From assembly GCA_025999155.1 (NCBI GenBank), contig AP026679.1, positions 17,408 through 81,407 of the forward strand: a DNA stretch of 64,000 bases, given 5' to 3'. A program made the position numbers and the translations under genes. Shown piece by piece: positions 42,229-51,652 of the stretch. Every line of letters starts with the position of its first letter. The stretch's first letter is position 1. The notes below the pieces were generated by a model. The model worked only from the letters and a program-made list of their open reading frames with translations. It was not told the origin of the DNA and ran no database searches. The DNA comes from Candidatus Dojkabacteria bacterium (GTDB taxonomy: Bacteria > Patescibacteriota > Dojkabacteria > JAOAGR01).

Positions 42229-42844
42229 ATGAATCATAATAAGGCAATCAAATTTCTATTTTGGCCTTTAGAAGTATAGTAGCTTTGTTGATCCTTGTTA
42301 ATGGATATTTTATTTTTAATACCAATTACGATGCAATATGGTTTTATCAATATGGCATGAAGCTAGGGATGGCATGAAGCTAGGGGTCGCTTCTTTTGTG
42401 TGTTTTACAGTCGCTATTTTGCCAGGTATGTTAGTACGTTATGGGATCAAATCGAAGTTAGTACCGATTCTATACCTGTACCGACGGGAATTCGGTAAGC
42501 TAATGTTCTTGTTTGCATTAAATCACTATTTGACTATAAAAGTATTCCCAACGATACAGGCTCAAAGTACAGTAACATTTCCTTTTTATCAATTTATAGG
42601 TTTTGTTGCTTTGTTTTTATCATTGTTTTTGTTTTTAACATCTAATGATTGGGCAGTTAAAAAACTAGGTAAGCTATGGCAGAAATTACATAAATTAGTA
42701 TATGTAATAGTATGGCTTATATTTTTACATGTAGCGATTGCTCAAGGTTTTTCGCCCTTGTCTACCTTAATCTTTATCGTGGCCATTGCTGAAACTATGT
42801 CGCTTGTGAATTTTTATCTAACAAAGCTAAACTTGGATAAATAA
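42229..42844 (+). pseudogene. MsrQ/YedZ-like ferric-reductase transmembrane protein, frameshifted
   Basis: RREFG..F..H, TSND, WQKLHKLVY..LH in 42338-42844. The N-terminal TM part is in another frame, separated by a 17-bp tandem duplication. Confidence 0.6.
42352..42385 (+). repeat. Perfect 17-bp tandem duplication ATGGCATGAAGCTAGGG x2
   Basis: Copies at 42352-42368 and 42369-42385. Confidence 0.95.
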
Positions 42845-42892
42845 GTATGTTAGTATTAGCAAAATTTATTGATTTTTTGGTAGAATTCCGTG

Positions 42893-43981
42893 ATGAATGC
42901 TTTATTGACTGCAGCCGAGATTCTAAATAGGCTTGATTCACTTAAGGTTGCTTTAAAATTTGATGAAAAAGTACAAAAAATTCACTCGTTGAAACAATTA
43001 ACCGAACATCCAAATTTCTGGGACGATAAATCTGAAGCTCAGCGAGTCACTATTGAATTAGCTTCATTAACTGATGAAGTAGAAGAAATTAATAGATTAG
43101 AATTGAAAGCTAAGTCATTATCCGAACTAGAAGAAATTGAGCATGAATTGGATAAGGATATTCTTGATTCCTTAAAGCAGGAGATTCAAGAATTGAATAA
43201 ACATTTTTATGAATTAGAGCTTCGAGTATATTTGAGTGGTAAGTACGATAAATCCAATGCTTTGTTATCAATTCATGCTGGCCAGGGGGGTACAGAGGCT
43301 TGTGATTGGACGGAGATGCTTCTCAGAATGTATACGATGTATTGTCAAAAACGAGGGTGGAGTGTTGAAATAGTCGATATAGTTAAAGGAACTGAGGCAG
43401 GTGTATCAAAAGTTACTTTGGAAATCACGGGTGAATATGCATACGGGTATTTAAAAAATGAATCAGGAGTCCACAGACTTGTTCGTATATCCCCTTTTAA
43501 CGCACAGGGATTAAGACAGACTTCTTTTGCAGGAGTAGAAGTTTTACCTGTTATTAATACAGATATAGAACTTAATCTCAAACCTGAAGATATTGAATTT
43601 TCAACTGCCAGATCAGGTGGTGCGGGAGGACAAAACGTCAATAAAGTTAATACAAAAGTAATTCTTGTACATAGGCCAACAGGTATTCAGGTACAGTGTT
43701 CAGCAGAAAGATCTCAGGCACAAAATCGAGAGAAAGCTTTAAAAATACTTAGAGCAAAACTTTATCAGATAGAACTTGAAAAACAACTGGAAGAAAAAGC
43801 AAAGTTAAAGGGTGAGCATAAGATATTTGGTTGGGGTAATCAAATTCGTAACTACGTATTACATCCATATAAATTAGTTAAAGATTTACGAACAGATGTC
43901 GAATCGAATCAGCCTGAATTAATACTTGATGGTGAGCTTGATGAGTTTATTGAGGCAGAACTTAAATTAAGTTATAACTAA
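42893..43981 (+). CDS. prfB: Peptide chain release factor 2 (no programmed frameshift)
   Basis: [11 protein letters not shown] motif, [11 protein letters not shown]; continuous ORF. Confidence 0.97.
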   Translation: MNALLTAAEILNRLDSLKVALKFDEKVQKIHSLKQLTEHPNFWDDKSEAQRVTIELASLTDEVEEINRLELKAKSLSELEEIEHELDKDILDSLKQEIQELNKHFYELELRVYLSGKYDKSNALLSIHAGQGGTEACDWTEMLLRMYTMYCQKRGWSVEIVDIVKGTEAGVSKVTLEITGEYAYGYLKNESGVHRLVRISPFNAQGLRQTSFAGVEVLPVINTDIELNLKPEDIEFSTARSGGAGGQNVNKVNTKVILVHRPTGIQVQCSAERSQAQNREKALKILRAKLYQIELEKQLEEKAKLKGEHKIFGWGNQIRNYVLHPYKLVKDLRTDVESNQPELILDGELDEFIEAELKLSYN

Positions 43982-44041
43982 TGCAGGTAGTATTTGGTTT
44001 TATTTGCTTTGAAATGTTTTGGTGATTATAATTATTTTGCC

Positions 44042-44118
44042 GCCGATATAGCTCAGGCAGTCAGAGCGAAGGATTCATAACCCTTAGGTCGCAGGTGCAA
44101 GTCCTGCTATCGGCACCA
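44042..44118 (+). tRNA. tRNA with CAT anticodon, probably elongator tRNA-Met (Ile2 not excluded)
   Basis: Acceptor GCCGATA/TATCGGC, loop TTCATAA, T-arm GCAGG-TGCAAGT-CCTGC, ACCA end. The G1-C72 pair argues against the initiator. Confidence 0.88.
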
Positions 44119-44207
44119 TTTTTGCGGTACGATAAGATCTATTTATATACTATGAAATGTTTTTTAGGCCTTATTGACTTGGATGGTCTTTGGGATAATA
44201 ATCCTAT

Positions 44208-45302
44208 ATGAATCTTTCTTTAGGTATAGTTGGGTTACCCAATGTTGGAAAATCAACACTTTTCAATGCACTTACTAAATTAAATGCCTTAGCTGCTAAT
44301 TATCCTTTTGCTACTATAGAACCTAATATTGGCATTGTGCCGGTACGTGATGGAAGACTGTATCAGCTTGCTCAATCATCTAATTCTAAAGAAATTATTC
44401 CTGCCGTTGTGAAATTTGTGGATATTGCTGGATTAGTAAAGGGAGCATCAGAAGGTTTAGGGCTTGGGAACAAATTTCTAGGCCACATCAAAGAAGTTGG
44501 AGCAATATTGCATCTTGTACGTTTATTCCAAGATAAAAGTGTGATACATGTAGAGAACCGTATAGACCCCAAATCAGATATTCAAATTATCAATACGGAA
44601 TTAATACTCAAAGATATTGAGACAATCGATAAAAGGCTAAACGAAGTAAAGACGAAATTGAAAGCAAAATCAGACAAACTTCTGCAGGAGTATTTGGAAT
44701 TATTAGAAGCCTTACAGGATTTCATGAACCAAGAACATTTAGCGAATCAATTTCATTTTCAGAGTGATGATCAAAAAGCAAGTCTTGCAGACTTGAATTT
44801 AATCACTTTAAAACCAATGATTTATGTAGCAAATGTTGATGAATCGCATGTGAAAATATCTCAAGATGCATTAAGATCAATGATGGGATTAAGCCAAGAA
44901 GATATTGTTATCCCAATCTGTGTAAAAATGGAAGCAGAACTTGTCGTGCTGTCAGATGAAGAACAAAATGAATATTTACAATCTTTAGGATTAAGTGAAT
45001 CTGGTTTGGATAAAATCGTACGTTTAGGTTATAAAGTCCTTGGACTAATAAATTTCTTTACAACAGGGGAAAAAGAAACACGTGCCTGGACTATAACTGC
45101 TGGTACCAAAGCAGCTTCAGCATCTGGCGTAATTCATTCTGATTTTGAACGTCATTTTATCGCTTTAGAAGTTGTCAGTTATGATGATTTCATTACTTGT
45201 GGTTCGTGGAGTAGAGCGAGGGAATTAGGTAAAGTCCGTCTTGAAGGGCGAGAATATAGAATACAAGATGGTGATGTTGTTATCGTCCGGCACAATTGTT
45301 AG
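44208..45302 (+). CDS. ychF: Redox-regulated ATPase YchF
   Basis: GLPNVGKST, NYPFATIEPN, DIAGLV, RAWT, EGREY..QDGD. Confidence 0.97.
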   Translation: MNLSLGIVGLPNVGKSTLFNALTKLNALAANYPFATIEPNIGIVPVRDGRLYQLAQSSNSKEIIPAVVKFVDIAGLVKGASEGLGLGNKFLGHIKEVGAILHLVRLFQDKSVIHVENRIDPKSDIQIINTELILKDIETIDKRLNEVKTKLKAKSDKLLQEYLELLEALQDFMNQEHLANQFHFQSDDQKASLADLNLITLKPMIYVANVDESHVKISQDALRSMMGLSQEDIVIPICVKMEAELVVLSDEEQNEYLQSLGLSESGLDKIVRLGYKVLGLINFFTTGEKETRAWTITAGTKAASASGVIHSDFERHFIALEVVSYDDFITCGSWSRARELGKVRLEGREYRIQDGDVVIVRHNC

Positions 45303-45391
45303 GCCTAATATTGACAATAATAAGTTAGCATTTCAATCAATTAAGAGTTTAGTGTAGACAAAAACATCTCTTTTATTTACAATGAGACGCT

Positions 45392-45703
45392 ATGGTAATT
45401 TTAACAAGTGATAATTTTAGAAACTCAATTGCAAGTGGTGTTGTCGTTGTAGATATGTACGCCGATTGGTGTGGCCCTTGCAGAGCTTTATCTCCAATCT
45501 TAGAAGAATTGTCGCAGAAGGTAGATGGAGTAACATTTGCAAAGTTAAATGTTGATGATTCTAGCGATATTGCAATGGAATATGGAGTAATGAGTATTCC
45601 AACGGTTATCATCTTCAAGGACGGAAAAGAACAAAAAAGGATTATTGGCTTGTATCCTAGAGATTACTACATCGAGGTTATAAATGATGCTAAGAATTCT
45701 TAG
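45392..45703 (+). CDS. trxA: Thioredoxin
   Basis: WCGPC, GVMSIPT; 103 aa. Confidence 0.95.
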   Translation: MVILTSDNFRNSIASGVVVVDMYADWCGPCRALSPILEELSQKVDGVTFAKLNVDDSSDIAMEYGVMSIPTVIIFKDGKEQKRIIGLYPRDYYIEVINDAKNS

Positions 45704-45727
45704 TTTTCTTGTTAACTAGAGTTATAA

Positions 45728-45804
45728 GCGGGTGTAGTTCAATTGGCTAGAATGTCTCCCTTCCAAGGAGAAGGTTGTCGGTTCGAGCCCGATCACCCGC
45801 TCCA
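45728..45804 (+). tRNA. tRNA-Gly(TCC)
   Basis: GCGGGTG/CACCCGC acceptor, TCTCC-CTTCCAA-GGAGA anticodon arm, GGTTCGAGCCC, TCCA end. Confidence 0.96.
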
Positions 45805-46071
45805 TTTCTTTCGATATAACTAGTTTTCCTTTAGTATTACTAACTCAGTAAGAGATAAGAGTATCCTAGTTTTCTGGACGGTTCTTTGTTCTCTAATATT
45901 ATAGTGTTTGTTAGGAATAGTTAGCTGATTGATTTATTCTCAGAAGAAAGGCTATTTACAAAGAAGTAAACACTTAAAAGATATTAGATTACGTATTAAT
46001 ATTCAGTAAATGTTTTCCGGATATAAATTTAATTGATTTCACGAATATTTCGAGATCTAATATAACTCTCT

Positions 46072-46638
46072 TCAGAACAGACTTATTCCATCTAATGGAT
46101 GCTGAGCTGTAGAAGAGCTTTCAACGACATCAAATGATAATTCCAATTTTATTTTATTCCCGATGCCGTCAGTATAATAACAGTATCCATGTTTTCTGAT
46201 ATATTCATATAGCTCCTTAGTAAGTTTTACATCCATATCACAATATTCTTTTAATTTATCCAGTTTACCTTCCTTATAGAATCTTACAGCATCGGTACCA
46301 TGTGCTATTTTTGATAAATTAAAAGTAGTAGAACTAAGATTATCTAGCTTTAAGGCCAGTCCATATCTATTATATACTTCTTTAAATATATCGATTATCT
46401 GTTTATTGCGTAAATCTAGCTTATAATACCTTTCTAGGACCGGAATATCATATCTGATTATATTGTATCCTACTATAGTATGTGCTTGTTTGATTATTTC
46501 TTGGAATTTATGTAAATCAGATTCAAAAACCCCATTATACTCATCAGTATCTGATCGGTAGTAACCAAGATAAGATATTCCATTATCTAAAAAGTTATTA
46601 GCAATCGTCTTGGCTTCATGATCAAAAACAACATACAT
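46072..46638 (-). CDS. RNase H-like (DnaQ/YprB-type) 3'-5' exonuclease domain protein
   Basis: VFDHE, VGYNI..YD, KLDNL, YCDMDV (DEDDy-type motifs). Confidence 0.8.
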   Translation of the reverse strand: MYVVFDHEAKTIANNFLDNGISYLGYYRSDTDEYNGVFESDLHKFQEIIKQAHTIVGYNIIRYDIPVLERYYKLDLRNKQIIDIFKEVYNRYGLALKLDNLSSTTFNLSKIAHGTDAVRFYKEGKLDKLKEYCDMDVKLTKELYEYIRKHGYCYYTDGIGNKIKLELSFDVVESSSTAQHPLDGISLF

Positions 46639-46652
46639 GATCGAATAGTATA

Positions 46653-47243
46653 CTAAAAATTAATTATATAAACAAACAAAATTGTTATTAGACCTAGTAT
46701 AAAAAGTAAGCAGCCAACTGATTTAAATACAAAACTAATCATTCCCCCAAGACATCCTCTGTGTTTTTCTTTGTAAATAATTTTTGTTTGAGTGGGAGCT
46801 ATAGGCTCTGTGGTTGTGGATATGGGTGTCGGGGGTACGGGTGGGAAGTAGTTTGTAGAAGGATGTGATTGCGCAGGAGTTTGTGAAATATTAAACGAAG
46901 GGGTACTAGGAAATGCATTTTTCAAATAACTAGAACTATTTATAGATCCATTTTGAATAGTGTCAGAAAAATTTCCTTTTGCCGAATTTATTAGTTCATA
47001 AGCACTCTGTGGATTGATATGAGTTCCTCCTTTTTTTTTATGCAGCTCGGCCAGATTTATAGAATGAGGGGGTTGTGCAGGCATATCTAAAGAGTCGATA
47101 GTATCAGCAGTGACCAAATGGTCATTGTTAGCGATATGATCAACCTGTGTCCGAATATCGAGATTATGTAGTACTTGATTTTCTCCTTCTCTTGATAGGA
47201 ATTGGGGTGTATTTGGTTTTTTATCATCTTGCCTATTGTCCAT
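46653..47243 (-). CDS. Hypothetical Pro/Ser-rich protein with a C-terminal TM
   Basis: Disordered N-terminal part, GCL...GCL and a hydrophobic tail. Confidence 0.6.
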   Translation of the reverse strand: MDNRQDDKKPNTPQFLSREGENQVLHNLDIRTQVDHIANNDHLVTADTIDSLDMPAQPPHSINLAELHKKKGGTHINPQSAYELINSAKGNFSDTIQNGSINSSSYLKNAFPSTPSFNISQTPAQSHPSTNYFPPVPPTPISTTTEPIAPTQTKIIYKEKHRGCLGGMISFVFKSVGCLLFILGLITILFVYIINF

Positions 47244-47919
47244 GGCATGTGAACATTTCTTTGAAGTAATGGCCTGTTTCGATTAAATTACGAATGCCTT
47301 GTTGTATGGTACTCGAATCGTTGTTATTTACGAGCTTTAATGTGATCAGGGTGATACGCTTTGGCGTATTTTCAGGGACATCTGGAGCAATGGCCAAGTA
47401 CAGTCTGGATTGAGTGATCGGAGTGTTGCATGTCGTTGTTCTAATGAAGAGTGAGTTAAACTTGAGATCAAACATTCCTAATTTTAGTAATGGAAAGTTT
47501 TGGTTCAGTGAATTGATAAAATCATTTATAGATCCATATTCATAATAATACGAATTTGTCTTTAGATAATTTCTCAGTTCAGTAAATAAGTCGTTAGATT
47601 GATCGGTCGTATATATGTCACAGTATTCTATATTAATCTTGGTATACATACCGACATAATTTGCTATTGTATCAATATTTTTAGCAAGGTTTTGTATTTG
47701 ATCCAGCGGCAGGTTTAGTTCTAGCTGTGAATTTAGATCTTGAATTGAATCTAAATCATTTGATGAATATTCTAGTATATGTGGTATACAGGAATGGAGG
47801 TCTTTTAGATCAAGGGTTTTTTGGACTGTCTTTTGTAGCGGAAATATAGCAAAACTCACAAGTGTAATGCCTAGCATATAACCCAATATTGCTATTAAGG
47901 ATATAAAAAAGCGAAACAT
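47233..47919 (-). CDS. Hypothetical exported / membrane-anchored protein
   Basis: N-terminal hydrophobic helix and four Cys; overlaps the downstream gene. Confidence 0.55.
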   Translation of the reverse strand: MFRFFISLIAILGYMLGITLVSFAIFPLQKTVQKTLDLKDLHSCIPHILEYSSNDLDSIQDLNSQLELNLPLDQIQNLAKNIDTIANYVGMYTKINIEYCDIYTTDQSNDLFTELRNYLKTNSYYYEYGSINDFINSLNQNFPLLKLGMFDLKFNSLFIRTTTCNTPITQSRLYLAIAPDVPENTPKRITLITLKLVNNNDSSTIQQGIRNLIETGHYFKEMFTCHGQ

Positions 47920-47956
47920 ATACTTTAGAATCTTATAAAAAATCTAAAAAACTTTT

Positions 47957-48547
47957 TCAAGTATGAAAACTACCGTCAAATACTTTATTAATAATATCTA
48001 GGAATTCCTTCACTGATGCTTCAATGTCTTCTTGCATCCTCATATAAAAATTTGCAAGATGTCTTCGTCGTCTTTCTTCTGTAGCAAATTTTAATCTAAA
48101 TTGAAACATTTTTTCGTTAGTTATTTCCGGACTATTTTTTAATTGCTTTATAAGAAATTCTGTATCTCTTACGTCAATAAAGATACTTTTTGCATAAGGA
48201 TAGTATCGAGCAAAAACCGGTACATTAACTATATTAACTACAGTAACAATAATCTTATCTGGATGTGCTTCTAAAAGTTGTTGGAATTCTTTTTTTGCCT
48301 TACCATATCGATAATTATTACTTACTAACTTCTGCCATTCTATAAACTTTTCTTCTTCTATCATTCGTGTGAATTTGTCTGCAGATATGAAATAAAAATC
48401 CTCGCCATCAATTTCATCAGGACGTTGCGGCCTATCCGTATACGACACTGATTTAACTAACCTTTTATCGCTTTTCAGTGCCAATTTAATGATTGAACTT
48501 TTATCAAAACCTGAAGGACCGGTTACTACAAGTATTTTGGGATTCAT
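47957..48547 (-). CDS. gmk: Guanylate kinase (atypical P-loop)
   Basis: GPSGFDKSS, SVSYTDRPQRPDEIDGEDFYF, FIEW...YG. Confidence 0.8.
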   Translation of the reverse strand: MNPKILVVTGPSGFDKSSIIKLALKSDKRLVKSVSYTDRPQRPDEIDGEDFYFISADKFTRMIEEEKFIEWQKLVSNNYRYGKAKKEFQQLLEAHPDKIIVTVVNIVNVPVFARYYPYAKSIFIDVRDTEFLIKQLKNSPEITNEKMFQFRLKFATEERRRRHLANFYMRMQEDIEASVKEFLDIINKVFDGSFHT

Positions 48548-48551
48548 ATTT

Positions 48552-50042
48552 TTAATTTCTGTTTATACGTTTGAGACATCTATCTATACCAAGCATCACC
48601 ATTGATTCAAATAGAGGAGGCGAATACCTGGAACCAACGATCATTAATCTCAATGCCATAAAAAGGTCGGCATGCCTCCAGCCTATCGAATCAGCGGCTT
48701 CTCTGATTTTGGACTCCCATTCACGATGAGTCCATGGATGCTGTAAAGATTGAATTACATTGTACAATTTCTCTCTTGCTATTTCAAATTCTTCCCTGGT
48801 ATGACCTGTTGGAGTGATATCAACTTGATTGAAGTCTGTATCATTAAATAGAAAACCTAGATAGGAAAATATATCAGATAATTTTGTGATGCGTTCTTTG
48901 ACTAGCATTAATCCTTCTTGAAGTAAAGATCTATCGGTTAAAAATTTTGATGGTAGACTAGAGTCAAAGTCTTGGTAATACTCATGTAGTTGTGGCGCAT
49001 GATTTTCAAGCCAATATATTGTTCTTTTAATGTAATCTTGATTTGATAATCTACGAACATGTTGACCATTAAACCAGTCCAATTTTGATGAATTAAACTT
49101 CGCATTTGTTTTCAATATATTTTGATAATCAATAGCCTCAATAATTTGATCCATGTCCATAATTTCCTCGTGCTTATCCTTAAAATGAAAAGAGCATGAA
49201 ATATATACCACATAATTAATAATAGCTTCTGGTAAATACCCTTCAGCACGAAATTGAGCTATTGATTTAGCGCCATATCTTTTTGATAGTTTTCCTGGTT
49301 GGTTTTCGTTTTGAATATCTGAAAAATGTGCGAATCGTGGAACTTGCCAGTTAAAAATATTGTAAATCAGAACTTGCTTTGATGTATTGCTTAAATGGCC
49401 AAAACCTCTTACCACATCGGTGACTCGCATTTCGTGATCGTCGATTACTACAGCAAAGTTATACATAGGTGTGCCATCAGATTTTTGTATGACTATATCT
49501 CCTATTTGATTAGTATTCACACTTATTTCACCAAAGACTTCGTCTTTAAACGTTATAATTTGGTTTTTTGGTACACGTAACCGAATTACAGGTTTACGTC
49601 CTTGTGCTGCAAACTTTTTTCTTTCTTCTTCTGTCAAATTTGCATGATGACCTAGATAAACTGCTGGTTGCCCTTTAGATCTTTGCTGTTTTATTTGCTC
49701 TTTTCGTTCTTCAGGAGTTTCATAAGCAGGGTATGCTTTGTCTTCAGCGAGTAACTGATTTATATATTTTTCATATATAGACAAACGTTGTGATTGGAAG
49801 TATTCGTTTTTCTCGGTTGGATTTTCAGGACCTAGATCGTATGTAATCCCAAGCCATTGTAAATCCTCGAGAAGCATAGCCACAGAATCAGCTTTGTTCC
49901 TTTTTTGATCTGTATCTTCGATTCGTAAGATAAATTTGCCATTGAATTTTTTAGCGAGAATGTAGGGAATTAAAGCTGCCTTTACTTGTCCTAAATGTAT
50001 TCGTCCTGTTGGACTTGGAGCATAACGAAAAATCCTCGACAT
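48552..50042 (-). CDS. gltX: Glutamate--tRNA ligase
   Basis: RYAPSPTG.HLG, LRIEDTD, YNFAVVIDDH, KLSKR, SPPLF. Confidence 0.96.
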   Translation of the reverse strand: MSRIFRYAPSPTGRIHLGQVKAALIPYILAKKFNGKFILRIEDTDQKRNKADSVAMLLEDLQWLGITYDLGPENPTEKNEYFQSQRLSIYEKYINQLLAEDKAYPAYETPEERKEQIKQQRSKGQPAVYLGHHANLTEEERKKFAAQGRKPVIRLRVPKNQIITFKDEVFGEISVNTNQIGDIVIQKSDGTPMYNFAVVIDDHEMRVTDVVRGFGHLSNTSKQVLIYNIFNWQVPRFAHFSDIQNENQPGKLSKRYGAKSIAQFRAEGYLPEAIINYVVYISCSFHFKDKHEEIMDMDQIIEAIDYQNILKTNAKFNSSKLDWFNGQHVRRLSNQDYIKRTIYWLENHAPQLHEYYQDFDSSLPSKFLTDRSLLQEGLMLVKERITKLSDIFSYLGFLFNDTDFNQVDITPTGHTREEFEIAREKLYNVIQSLQHPWTHREWESKIREAADSIGWRHADLFMALRLMIVGSRYSPPLFESMVMLGIDRCLKRINRN

Positions 50043-50120
50043 ACTTCAATGATAACTCATTTTTATGTTTATATTCAATAATAATTGATCGTATAGTTCT
50101 GTATTGATAAAATCACACCA

Positions 50121-50444
50121 GTGCATTCTAAAGTTATAAAGGTAAAATTAGTCTTGGACGCTTTAAAAAAGGTAGTTGATCCAGAGATCGGAATGAATAT
50201 CATTGACGTAGGTCTTATTTATGGAATTGAAATCGATCAAAGTAATTCTGTTTACATCAAAATGACATTGACTACACCAGGATGTCCTTTGAAAGACTAT
50301 TTCATATCCGAAATTGAAACCGTTTTAATGGATGTTGATTTTGTAACTGACGTACAGGTAGAATTTGTATGGTCTCCTCCATGGGATCTTAGTATGATGG
50401 ATGAAGACGCAAAATTAAACCTTTTTCAATTTATGCGAGGGTAG
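50121..50444 (+). CDS. SufT/PaaD (DUF59) Fe-S assembly factor
   Basis: DPEIGMNIIDVGLIY, MTLTTPGCP, WSPPW. Confidence 0.92.
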   Translation: MHSKVIKVKLVLDALKKVVDPEIGMNIIDVGLIYGIEIDQSNSVYIKMTLTTPGCPLKDYFISEIETVLMDVDFVTDVQVEFVWSPPWDLSMMDEDAKLNLFQFMRG

Positions 50445-50491
50445 TGCGGATATGTAAAAGTGACATTTATAAGTATATATAAGCATACATC

Positions 50492-51613
50492 ATGGTGTTT
50501 TCTTGGAAAAATCTAGACTATCCTGTTGTACTTTGTCCGCCGATGGATGGAATTACGGATAACGCTTTTCGGGAATTAATTGCTAGTTTTGGTGGTAGTA
50601 GCGTTTTGTATTGTGAGTTTGTGAACGTAAAAGGGTTGATATATCAAAATAGTAAAACATTATTCGAATTGCGTTATACCGAAAATCAGAGACCAATAAT
50701 AGCTCAGCTTTTTGGTAATGATCCTAATGATTTTTTCAATGCTGCCCAAATTATAGTAAAACTCGGATTTGATGGAATAGATATAAATATGGGTTGTCCT
50801 GCTCATAAAGTTGCCTCAAAAGGTAGTGGTTGTGCATTGATGAACAAAACTGATATTGCAAGAGAAATAGTAAGAGCAAGTATTGAAGGTGCGAAGATCG
50901 CAGCAAAAGAACTTAAGTTGGCACATGACTTTGAAGTGTCTTGCAAAATGCGTTTAGGAGTTGATGATAAAAATAAGGTATTAGAACATGGTATTGCAAT
51001 GATAGAAGCTGGCGCTAAAGCTATTGCTATACATGGTCGTACTTTAAAGCAAATGTATTCTGGACATGCAGATTGGGATGTAATTAGAACCTTTGTACAA
51101 CTAAAGCAACATAAGTATGGCGATAAAGTCCCAGTTTTTGGATCAGGTGATGTAAAAAGTCTATATGATGCATTTGTACGGATACTAACGACCGGTGTTG
51201 ATGGTGTCATGATTGGGCGAGGATCTTTTGGTAAGCCATGGATATTCGATAGAAGCAAGGTTGATTTATTAAGATATTATGTACATCTTGTTGAACAAAA
51301 ATTAGATAAAAAATCTGGCTATATTACTTTGGAAGAAATAGAGCAACTTGATAACATAAATGAAATAAAGTTGGCTTTAGAAAACCCTAGTATGAGCTTC
51401 GATGACATAAAATCGATTGTTATCAGGCATGCGAGACTTATGTATGATGAAAAAGGAGATACAGGTATTTTACAAATGAGAAAGCATTTGGGTTGGTATT
51501 TTCATGGGTTCGAAGGAGCAAAATCTTTACGCAGTAGGCTAGTACGAGTTAAAACTTTAGAAGAAGTAGAAAATGCATTAGACTCATATTCTTCTAATTT
51601 GCAAGACGAGTAG
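50492..51613 (+). CDS. dusB: tRNA-dihydrouridine synthase (DusB-like)
   Basis: PMDGITD, QLFG, DINMGCP, HGRT, GDV, MIGRG, MRKHLGWY. Confidence 0.9.
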   Translation: MVFSWKNLDYPVVLCPPMDGITDNAFRELIASFGGSSVLYCEFVNVKGLIYQNSKTLFELRYTENQRPIIAQLFGNDPNDFFNAAQIIVKLGFDGIDINMGCPAHKVASKGSGCALMNKTDIAREIVRASIEGAKIAAKELKLAHDFEVSCKMRLGVDDKNKVLEHGIAMIEAGAKAIAIHGRTLKQMYSGHADWDVIRTFVQLKQHKYGDKVPVFGSGDVKSLYDAFVRILTTGVDGVMIGRGSFGKPWIFDRSKVDLLRYYVHLVEQKLDKKSGYITLEEIEQLDNINEIKLALENPSMSFDDIKSIVIRHARLMYDEKGDTGILQMRKHLGWYFHGFEGAKSLRSRLVRVKTLEEVENALDSYSSNLQDE

Positions 51614-51652
51614 AAACTACCACAGCCATATGCTAAATTATATTATATAGAT

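Noticed and set aside
45805-46071. Gap after tRNA-Gly as an integration site or array; TAGTTTTC occurs three times nearby
   Set aside because: There is no integrase, no duplicated tRNA 3' end and no regular repeat-spacer period; short AT-rich matches are expected by chance.
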